Assembly: GCA_013285465.1 (NCBI GenBank)
Contig: CP053449.1
Coordinates: 192,870-256,869, forward strand
DNA: 64,000 nt
From: Pseudomonadota bacterium
GTDB taxonomy: Bacteria > Pseudomonadota > Alphaproteobacteria > Micavibrionales > CSBR16-224
Direction: 5' to 3'
Shown piece by piece: positions 57,303 to 64,000 of this stretch. Below the pieces are notes generated by a model. The model saw nothing but the letters and a program-made list of their open reading frames with translations. It made no database searches and was not told the DNA's origin. Position 1 is the first letter of the stretch. Every line of letters starts with the position of its first letter. The translations under genes were made by a program, and so were the position numbers.

Positions 57303-57408
57303 TTTCTGCGCCCTCTACCGCCCTGTTTACCTAAACAGCAGTGATACGGAAGAAACGAAAAAGCAGATAGATGGCAATAATGCAATATGGTTAGAGTTTT
57401 GCTCATAA
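57208..57408 (+). CDS. o-spanin (Rz1-like lipoprotein), overlapping the i-spanin gene in the +1 frame
   Basis: Leader MNILKKRCCIVTVCAAMLIMPAAC, an atypical lipobox with Pro at -3. The mature part DFCALYRPVYLNSSDTEETKKQIDGNNAIWLEFC matches the alphaproteobacterial phage o-spanin pattern as I recall it. Confidence 0.5.
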   Translation: MNILKKRCCIVTVCAAMLIMPAACAPASRASDFCALYRPVYLNSSDTEETKKQIDGNNAIWLEFCS

Positions 57409-57445
57409 TATAATGTAAAAAAACAATATTTACATAAAAAAACAC

Positions 57446-57515
57446 TTGATTTTAATGATTTGGTAACTTATATTGAGGTATCATAGTGATACATACATAT
57501 ATCAAGGTGATATAT
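57446..57515 (+). promoter_or_regulatory. TA-module promoter plus two tandem operator palindromes
   Basis: TTGATT (57446-51), 17 nt, TATATT (57469-74). Then GTATCA-TAG-TGATAC (57478-92) and ATATATCA-AGG-TGATATAT (57497-515). The palindrome centres are 21 bp apart, and the second covers the RBS. Confidence 0.65.
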
Positions 57516-57516
57516 T

Positions 57517-57861
57517 ATGGCGAAAAATAAAAATACTGGAAAAACTAAGGTCGCAAAATTTCCTGCTAATGGAAAAATTAGTGATACAGACCTTTTAAAA
57601 AAAATAAGGGAATTGATTGCGGCTGATAGTGGAAACTTGTTTTATACCAATCACGCGCTGGATCGTATGGAAGAACGAGGTTTTACCAGACGGCAGGTTG
57701 ATTGTTGTATCCAAAAGGGGTGGGTTAAAGAGCCCAATTACTACGATCATAAGAACGGAAATTATGTAGTTAGTATTACACGAGGGTGCGCTGGAGAGAC
57801 AATTGATGTCATTTTAGCTTGGTGTCCTGAAGATAATGTTGTTGTTATAACTGTTTATTGA
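57517..57861 (+). CDS. DUF4258-domain protein (putative toxin)
   Basis: NHALDRMEERGFTRRQVDCCIQKGWV...YVVSITRG...VITVY; 114 aa, AT-rich. Confidence 0.7.
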   Translation: MAKNKNTGKTKVAKFPANGKISDTDLLKKIRELIAADSGNLFYTNHALDRMEERGFTRRQVDCCIQKGWVKEPNYYDHKNGNYVVSITRGCAGETIDVILAWCPEDNVVVITVY

Positions 57862-57878
57862 TATGGAGGTATTTAAAA

Positions 57879-58340
57879 ATGGCTAAGTCTAAAAAATACC
57901 ACTATACGGAGTGTGGTCTTGATTACGTTTATCTTTTGAATGGGTATACAGAAAGAATAACCCCATATGGGAAGGCTGTTTCTATCACTGCTGTGGAGCA
58001 GTTACATAAGATTATTGGAGAAGCAATCATTTCAAGTCCAGAGCCATTGAGTGGAGCGGAAATTCGTTTCTTGAGGCATGAACTGGACTGGTCTCAAAAA
58101 AGATTAGGCTCTCAATTGAAAGTAGAGGGACAGACTGTCGGACGGTGGGAACGTGGTGAAACTTCAATTGATAGTACGGCAGACAACTATATTCGCATCT
58201 TATACGCTTTATATGCTTTGGATGATAGTGCGGATGATATCAAATCTTTTGTGGATATGATGGCCGACTTAGATTCTAAAAAGGTACACAAAGAACTTAA
58301 GTTCACAAAAACTGACGAAAGCTGGAAAACCGCAGCTTAG
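57879..58340 (+). CDS. HTH (XRE/MqsA-like) antitoxin/regulator
   Basis: ATG 57879 with GGAGG upstream. N-terminal YHYTECGLDYVYLLNGY, C-terminal HTH LSGAEIRFLRHELDWSQKRLGSQLKVEGQTVGRWERGE. Confidence 0.7.
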   Translation: MAKSKKYHYTECGLDYVYLLNGYTERITPYGKAVSITAVEQLHKIIGEAIISSPEPLSGAEIRFLRHELDWSQKRLGSQLKVEGQTVGRWERGETSIDSTADNYIRILYALYALDDSADDIKSFVDMMADLDSKKVHKELKFTKTDESWKTAA

Positions 58341-58377
58341 TACAGAATTTTGCAGGGTATCATTACAGTATGTTTTC

Positions 58378-59625
58378 TTAGGCGACCTGACGCACGAGGC
58401 GGACGGGTTTTGCGGCGGGCAGAACCTTTTTCAGGCAATCGGCCAGATAGTGCATGTCCTCATCCGTATGGAAGGGGGACGGGGTCAGGCGTAGGCGCTC
58501 GGTGCCGCGCGGTACGGTCGGGTAGTTGATCGGTTGTACATAGATGCCGAAACGCTCCAGCAGAATATCGCTGGTTTGTTTGCAGATGCGCGGATCGCCG
58601 ATCATCACCGGAACGATATGAGTTTCGGTATCCATGATCTGGATGCCGCGCTGCGTCAGAATTTGTTTCAATGTCGCGGCGCGTTCCTGATGTTTTTCGC
58701 GCAGATCGCCCGCCTGTTTCAAATGGCGGACGCTGGCCAAAGCGCCGCTTAAAACTGCGGGCGGCAGGGCTGTTGTAAAAATAAAGCCCGGAGCGTAAGA
58801 GCGCACAACATCGACAATCGCCTGACTGGCGGTGATATAACCCCCCATCAGGCCGAAGGCTTTGCCAAGTGTGCCTTCAATCACATCCAGACGGTTCATC
58901 AACCCGCGCTGGTCGGCAATACCGCCGCCTTTTTTGCCGTACATGCCGACGGCATGGACTTCGTCCAGATAGGTTAATGCGCCGTATTCTTCCGCGATAT
59001 CACAAATTTCTTCGATCGGCGCAATATCACCATCCATGGAATAGACGGATTCAAAGGCGATCATTTTCGGGCGGCAACGCTCGACGGAATCCAGCAGGCT
59101 GCGCAGATGTTTGATATCGTTATGGCGAAAGATATATTTTTCACAGCCGCTTTGACGAATGCCTTGAATCATGGAGGCGTGGTTCATCTCGTCGGAGAAA
59201 ATCACGCAGTCAGGCATCAGTCTTGCCAGCGTACCGATAGCGGATTCATTGGAGACATATCCGGAGGAAAACAGCAGTCCTGCTTCTTTATCATGCAGAT
59301 CAGCCAGTTCTTTCTCAAGCGCGATATGGTGGTTTGTGGTGCCGGAAATATTGCGCGTTCCGCCCGCACCTGCGCCGTTTTTGCGTACGGCATCGCAAAC
59401 GGCGTCAATGACGACGGGGTTATGCCCCATGCCGAGATAATCATTACTGCACCAGATGGTGATTTCTTTTTCTACCCCGTTTTCCGTCCGGAAAAGCGCT
59501 TTGGGGTATTTTCCGACCATACGTTCAATATTCGCGAAAACGCGGTAACGTCCTTCCCTGTGCAAATCTTCGATACGTGCTTGAAAAAAACGTTCGTAGT
59601 ATTCTTTGCTTTGGGCCTGGGACAT
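58378..59625 (-). CDS. hemA: 5-aminolevulinate synthase
   Basis: [27 protein letters not shown]...[13 protein letters not shown] and a PLP-lysine region GTLGKAFG; 415 aa. Confidence 0.95.
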   Translation of the reverse strand: MSQAQSKEYYERFFQARIEDLHREGRYRVFANIERMVGKYPKALFRTENGVEKEITIWCSNDYLGMGHNPVVIDAVCDAVRKNGAGAGGTRNISGTTNHHIALEKELADLHDKEAGLLFSSGYVSNESAIGTLARLMPDCVIFSDEMNHASMIQGIRQSGCEKYIFRHNDIKHLRSLLDSVERCRPKMIAFESVYSMDGDIAPIEEICDIAEEYGALTYLDEVHAVGMYGKKGGGIADQRGLMNRLDVIEGTLGKAFGLMGGYITASQAIVDVVRSYAPGFIFTTALPPAVLSGALASVRHLKQAGDLREKHQERAATLKQILTQRGIQIMDTETHIVPVMIGDPRICKQTSDILLERFGIYVQPINYPTVPRGTERLRLTPSPFHTDEDMHYLADCLKKVLPAAKPVRLVRQVA

Positions 59626-59852
59626 GGCTTTTAAACCCCTTGTATTTCTTTTGATTTTTTTTATTGCTTTGCTTGCTGTTCAAGAGCCTGAAAAACAGTT
59701 ATATTGAAAAGCGAAGGTAAAGCCGTGGCTTTAGGAATATGTAGAAAGATTCCGGGCAAATTGCAAGGAAAAACGGTATTTGTAAAATTGCCTTCACACG
59801 CTTAGACTGTTTTTAGTTATTTGTATTCAAGCAACAAGAGACCGTATTCCTG

Positions 59853-60698
59853 ATGAAACAAAAGCCCCTTTTCTCGGTCAAACCCAAATTTATCCCCAAA
59901 GTCGTGATGATGCAGTCGCTGTTTTACGGCTTCTTTGGTGCATTATTCTTAACGGTTATCGGTGGTCTGCTGCTGTCGCTTTTGACAATGATGCTGGGGT
60001 TTCTTGGTAAAATTGCGATCGGAAATATTTTCTGGGGATGTTTCCTGCTCGGGATTATCGGTATTCCGATTCTTTATTACGAGATCCGGCGTAAAAATGC
60101 CGCCGCAACGCGGTTTGATTTCTTTGAGGACCGTTTAAGCTTTTCCTATTTTTCCGGCCGCTTTCTAAACAGAAAGCAAGGCAGGCTTTATTACCGGGAT
60201 ATTGTGGATGTTGTACAAAATACCAGCTTTTTGCAGGGGCTTGGCAATCTGAAAACAATTGAACTGCATGCGCCAGCCTCAGCCTATTATGAGCCGGGGC
60301 AGAAATTTGTCGGTATCGCGATTGAAGATGTGCCGATGGGGACCGGCATTGCCGAGAAAATTCTGGATGTTTTGGATAAAGTACATGCCGAATACCGCGA
60401 TGCATGGGCGGCTGATATGCAGCGCAGTGCATTGGCGGAGGCGCGCGCCGCGGAAGATGCCGCATCTCCGGCGGAAGAAGAGGTGGCGGAGGCGGAAGCG
60501 TCTGAAGACACCGCGGATCTGCTGCGGGCGCAGCCTGTGATTCCGCCGTCATCCGTTCCGTCCCGTGATACGCAAGAAGATGCGGCGTTGGAAAGTGCCG
60601 GCGAAAATGAGCCGGAGGATAATGCGGAGGAGGAACCGCAAGAGCTGGAACCCGCCATTTCCGATGAAAGACCGCATCATTCCGGAAAAGATAAGTGA
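59853..60698 (+). CDS. membrane protein with a bacterial PH (bPH_2/YdbS-like) domain and an acidic tail
   Basis: Two N-terminal TM helices, YYRDIVDVVQNTSFLQGLGNLKTIEL, then an A/E/D-rich C-terminus. Confidence 0.6.
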   Translation: MKQKPLFSVKPKFIPKVVMMQSLFYGFFGALFLTVIGGLLLSLLTMMLGFLGKIAIGNIFWGCFLLGIIGIPILYYEIRRKNAAATRFDFFEDRLSFSYFSGRFLNRKQGRLYYRDIVDVVQNTSFLQGLGNLKTIELHAPASAYYEPGQKFVGIAIEDVPMGTGIAEKILDVLDKVHAEYRDAWAADMQRSALAEARAAEDAASPAEEEVAEAEASEDTADLLRAQPVIPPSSVPSRDTQEDAALESAGENEPEDNAEEEPQELEPAISDERPHHSGKDK

Positions 60699-61243
60699 CG
60701 GAAACAGCCCCAGATAACAAGCCGTTATTCAGGCTGCGCTCCGTTTTCCATCCGGCGGTGGTGGCGTATTCTTATCCGATCCGTATCATTGGTATTTCCT
60801 GTATTTTATTGATGCTGCTGCCTGAAATGGCTAAAGGCATGGCCTGGGTGACGGGCGTTGAAGGATTTTTATCTTACCTGATGGCGATTTCGATTGTCGG
60901 GCTGATCGGTTTTGCCGGTCCGCTGTTTATGACATGGCTGGATTATAAGGCTGTGGCCTTCACCGTTTACCCCAACCGCATTGAATTCATCCAGAGCTTC
61001 TGGATCAGGGAGCAATCACGCGTGTTGCTGCACAGTGTGCGCGAAATAAAGCCCTCGGCAAACTGGCTGCAGAAACGTTACGGTATCGGGAATATTTCGC
61101 TGGTTGTGGAATCGCGTATCGGCGCCAAACAAATGGGCACGGTTCTGCCGAATATCCGTTATCCTGAAAAAGTTGCGGCAAAATTATCAACGGTTCTTGA
61201 AGACCATAAAAGACGGCAACAAGAGCAACAGCAGCAACAGTAA
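60695..61243 (+). CDS. membrane protein with a bPH_2 domain (YdbT/YdbS-like)
   Basis: TM helices, then YPNRIEFIQSFWIREQSRVLLHSVREIKPSANWLQKRYGIGNISL. ATGA-type overlap with the upstream paralogue. Confidence 0.6.
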   Translation: MTETAPDNKPLFRLRSVFHPAVVAYSYPIRIIGISCILLMLLPEMAKGMAWVTGVEGFLSYLMAISIVGLIGFAGPLFMTWLDYKAVAFTVYPNRIEFIQSFWIREQSRVLLHSVREIKPSANWLQKRYGIGNISLVVESRIGAKQMGTVLPNIRYPEKVAAKLSTVLEDHKRRQQEQQQQQ

Positions 61244-61259
61244 AACCGCGTTGTCAATC

Positions 61260-61583
61260 TTAGAACTGGAAATCAAGATCGGGCGGCAGGCCGAGATCTT
61301 CCATGATTTTTGCCGTTTCTTCAGAGATTGCCTGTTCAGCCTTTTTGCGCGCATCATTGATGGCGGCAACAATCAGATCTTCCAGAACCTCGATATCATC
61401 GGGGTTGACGATACCCGGCTCCAGTTTCAGCGCACGGACTTCTCCGCGGCCGGTGATTGTAATATTGACCATACCGGCACCGGCTTCGCCAATAATTTCT
61501 CTTTCATTGGCGCGCTTTTGCATCTCCGCCATTTTTTCTTTCATGACTTGTGCTTTTTGCATCATTTGGGCGAGATTTGTCAT
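61260..61583 (-). CDS. ybaB: YbaB/EbfC-family nucleoid-associated protein
   Basis: 107 aa. MTNLAQMMQKAQVMKEKMAEMQ...GAGMVNITITGRGEV. Downstream of dnaX, as usual. Confidence 0.9.
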   Translation of the reverse strand: MTNLAQMMQKAQVMKEKMAEMQKRANEREIIGEAGAGMVNITITGRGEVRALKLEPGIVNPDDIEVLEDLIVAAINDARKKAEQAISEETAKIMEDLGLPPDLDFQF

Positions 61584-61607
61584 TTTTTCTTCTCCTTAAA
61601 AACACGT

Positions 61608-63391
61608 CTAATTCTGTTTGGCAATATCCCGGATCGTCGAAAGGCGCGCTCCGGGGAACCGTGCCAGCACATCTTTCACAATAGGATGATTGGCGGCATT
61701 TGCAAGCTTTTGTTGCTGTGCCTCCCTGTCTTCATCGGCCAGCGTTTTCATCTCCGCCGTTTTCCTGTTTTCGGGAACAAGCGAGATAATCCAGTTTGTT
61801 TTCGTCCAGTCTGACAGATGCTTTTTAATCGTGCCGGGGGCGCTGCTATCCCCTGCCGGATCAAGCCAGATATCTATTTTTCCGGCGGCAAAGCTGACGG
61901 GAACCATAAAATTATAAAGCTGGCTGTAAAGCAGCATCTCCTGTTTTTCCCGGAACATTTCGGCGATATCGCGAAAGCTTTGCGGCGCGGTGAGCGTGTC
62001 GGGATCCTGTGCCGGAAGCGCGGGGATATCTGCCGGCATCTGCGCCTGCGCTGCGGCATGTGTTGCGGCAGTGGAAGAAGGAGGGGGCGTTCTGACAGGC
62101 GGCGGTGCCGAAACGGAGGATTCTTTCGGGTTTAGGCTTGTTTCAGGCTTTTTTTTTGCGTCGCGGCATCGTCACTGCCGCTGTTTTCCAGCGCCGTAAT
62201 AATCTCCGACGGCAGCGGCATTTGCGCGGCGTAAATTGTGCGGATTAACACCATATCCAGCGCCTGTGCAGGCGTGGCGGCGGTTTTTAGCTCCTCCCGC
62301 CCTTTGGACAGGATTTGCCACAGCCGTGATAATGCCGGAACGGATAATGTATCCGCCAGCGCCAGTCCGCGCGTTTTTTCCGTTTCCGGCAAAAAGCCCG
62401 TTTTCAAGCTTTCCGGCACAAGCTTGCCCTTACTGACAAGATGCACGGCGTCCAGCAGGTCTTTTAGAATCTGGTCGGGGTCGGCGCCGGAGGTGAAGAG
62501 TTTTTCGGCGATTGCGAAACTGTTTTCGGCATTGCCTTCGCTGAGTGCCGTCAGCAGATCGAAAATCATATTGCGGTCGGACAGGCCAAGCATGTCACGC
62601 ACCAGCGCCGCTGTGATTTTACCGTCAGACAGCGCAATGGCGCGGTCAAGCAGGCTGAGCCCGTCACGGGCGGAGCCGTCCGCGGCGCGGGCAATCATAT
62701 GCACGGCTTCGTCTTCGGCCTCGATTTTTTCCCTGCCCAGCAGCTCCGTGAAATAGTCATTGAGCAAATTGCTGTCGATACGCGGCAGGTCAAAACGCTG
62801 GCAACGCGAGAGAATAGTGACGGGAACTTTGTTGATCTCGGTCGTGGCAAAGATGAATTTGACATGCGGCGGCGGTTCTTCCAGCGTTTTCAAAAGCGCA
62901 TTGAAAGCCGATTTTGACAGCATGTGGATTTCATCAATGATGAAGATTTTAAAACGTGCCGAAGCCGGGGCATATTGCACGGAATCGATAATATCGCGCA
63001 CATCATCGACACCGGTACGCGAGGCCGCATCCATTTCCAGCACGTCGACATGGCGGCCTTCCATGATGGCTTTGCAATGTGTGCATTCTCCGCAGGGTTC
63101 TGCCGTGATGCCGCTTTTTTCATCCTTGCCGATACAATTCAGTGCAAGGGCGATAATTCGTGCCGTTGTGGTTTTACCGACACCGCGGACGCCTGTCAGA
63201 ATAAAGGCATGGGCGATGCGGTTCATGGCGATCGCGTTTTGCAGGGTGCGGACCAGAGCATCCTGTCCGATCAGCTCGGAAAAATTACGGGGACGGTATT
63301 TCCGTGCCAGCACCAGATAGGGCGTATCCGGTTTGCCGTCCGTATTGGCGGCGCTTTCCTGTTTGCTCTCTGTTTTTTCAGGCTGGGACAT
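61608..63391 (-). CDS. dnaX: DNA polymerase III subunits gamma/tau. The 0-frame product stops at 62132 (419 aa); full-length tau (594 aa) needs a -1 shift at an A9 run.
   Basis: N-terminal ORF (62132..63391): clamp-loader ATPase GVRGVGKTT, zinc module CGECTHC, FIIDEIHML, SRCQRF. C-terminal ORF (61608..62039): tau-specific tail. The -1 frame is open all the way from the A9 run to ORF2 (KPETSLNPKESSVSAPPPVRTPPPSSTAATHAAAQAQM). Confidence 0.9.
62149..62157 (-). other. A9 homopolymer (T9 on the + strand) at the dnaX gamma/tau junction: candidate recoding/slippage site or homopolymer error
   Basis: mRNA sense ACG CAA AAA AAA AGC CUG AAA CAA GCC UAA. Counted directly: T at 62149-62157. Confidence 0.8.
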
Positions 63392-63420
63392 GATTAAAAT
63401 TTTACATTAAAAAGTAAAAA

Positions 63421-63521
63421 GGTGGAAGGCCGAGCAACGACCCAGCACAACCCATATGCGGCTGCTTCCTTTCGGATCTGACCGGGTTAACGGGACAGCT
63501 GCCCATTGTCAACCTTCCACC
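63421..63521 (-). ncRNA. ffs: signal recognition particle RNA (small/4.5S type)
   Basis: The minus strand contains CCGGTCAGATCCGAAAGGAAGCAGCCGCA, matching the conserved domain IV GGUCAG.UCCG.AAGGAAGCAGCC. The terminal helix GGTGGAAGG / CCTTCCACC closes a ~100-nt hairpin. Sits upstream of dnaX. Confidence 0.85.
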
Positions 63522-63619
63522 CCGTAATATGAGGGGATTCGGCGCGAAAGGCAAGGAAAACACATGGGAATCCTGCGGAAAATGCCGTGAAAAGCCGTAG
63601 ATAAGGGCAAAGCCTGTCT

Positions 63620-64000
63620 TTATCCGCCGGTGCGCGGCCCGGATGTACGGATATCGGGGCGCGTATCGGGAACGCTTTGCGTGACTTCGGGATCAACTTT
63701 GGACAGGAAGGCGTTGTAATCATCCGTCGGGATGCTTGGCATATAGGGCGGTCTGCCGCTGCCTTGCGTCCAGCCTGCATTTTGCTCCAGCCCGAGTGTC
63801 TGTACGCCGGCTTTTTGCAACAGCGGCGTGTTGATGGTTTCGCTGGTGATCTCGTCGATTTGCAATGTGCCGTCAGCATCGACATGGATATGTAAGGGGA
63901 TGACGGTATCACCCTGCTGCAGATTGGCAATAATACCGGCCTGCGGGTCCTGCACGTGCAGAAGATTTTCCGCGACGGCGTGAATGGCACCGGCTTCGGG
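63620..64000 (-). CDS. 3' end of an unidentified gene continuing beyond the window
   Basis: The frame is open to the right edge: ...PEAGAIHAVAENLLHVQDPQAGIIANLQQGDTVIPLHIHVDADGTLQIDEI...SGPRTGG-stop. The track's M at 63955 is an internal GTG. Confidence 0.4.
   Translation of the reverse strand, partial: PEAGAIHAVAENLLHVQDPQAGIIANLQQGDTVIPLHIHVDADGTLQIDEITSETINTPLLQKAGVQTLGLEQNAGWTQGSGRPPYMPSIPTDDYNAFLSKVDPEVTQSVPDTRPDIRTSGPRTGG

Larger units (their letters stand above)
39386..57408 (+). mobile_element. GTA-like / defective siphovirus island: packaging, HK97 head, tail, tail tip, fibre and lysis genes only
   Basis: About 26 co-oriented ORFs (one antisense insertion) between uvrA and the TA pair/hemA. 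Terminase, portal, protease, capsid, connectors, tube, chaperones, tape measure, tip, fibre, holin, muralytic protein and spanins are all recognisable. I see no integrase, repressor, antirepressor, replication or recombination ORF on either strand. Confidence 0.8.

Noticed and set aside
39385-57435. TTTACA/TGTAAA inverted repeats at 39385-39403 and 57413-57435 as possible att sites or terminal repeats of the island
   Set aside because: The arm order and spacing differ (8-bp arms with a 3-nt spacer versus 7-bp arms with a 9-nt spacer). The sequences are pure A/T-rich, and similar words occur elsewhere (41816, 63400). There is no extended direct repeat flanking the island.
62103-62128. Hairpin CCGAAA...TTTCGG downstream of the dnaX A9 run as a ribosomal frameshift stimulator
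   Set aside because: The stem is only 6 bp and starts ~18 nt after the slippery run, beyond the usual 5-9 nt spacing. It also lies after the 0-frame stop codon. Transcriptional slippage or a sequencing error is more plausible than stimulated -1 ribosomal frameshifting.
63487-63990. 167-aa minus-strand ORF overlapping the SRP RNA
   Set aside because: It overlaps the ffs gene and is Cys/Arg/Pro-rich. The alternative frame (63620 to the window end) has protein-like composition and stays open to the window edge.

Overview
A moderate-GC chromosomal segment that looks alphaproteobacterial. Pointers are ALA synthase hemA, ihfB-lapA, the ffs-dnaX-ybaB order, a DUF721 gene next to mutY, and RcGTA-like head/tail genes. 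About two thirds is ordinary housekeeping: a fadD-like gene, acs, uvrC, pgsA, rlmE, guaB, hisC, mutY, efp, suhB, ETF-QO, pmbA, radA, cvpA, a ubiH-family gene, ihfB, uvrA, hemA, dnaX and SRP RNA. A few AT-richer orphan genes are scattered among them. The stand-out is a ~19 kb one-directional island (39.4-58.3 kb) between uvrA and hemA. It encodes a complete HK97/RcGTA-type head, a siphovirus tail, a lambda-like tail tip, a fibre and a full lysis cassette, and is followed by a DUF4258/HTH toxin-antitoxin pair. I see no integrase, repressor or replication gene in it, which makes it a gene-transfer-agent-like or domesticated particle locus. It also has unusual features: the tail chaperone and tape-measure genes are relocated and the chaperone is duplicated; a promoter module is duplicated; a promoter-terminator leader sits in front of the portal gene; and two self-contained inserted genes lie inside the structural operon. 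Elsewhere, dnaX is split at an A9 run so that only a -1 shift gives tau, the DUF721 gene is frameshifted, and a 419-bp insertion duplicates the pmbA 3' end. I found no rRNA, tRNA, CRISPR array, IS element or integrase by eye.
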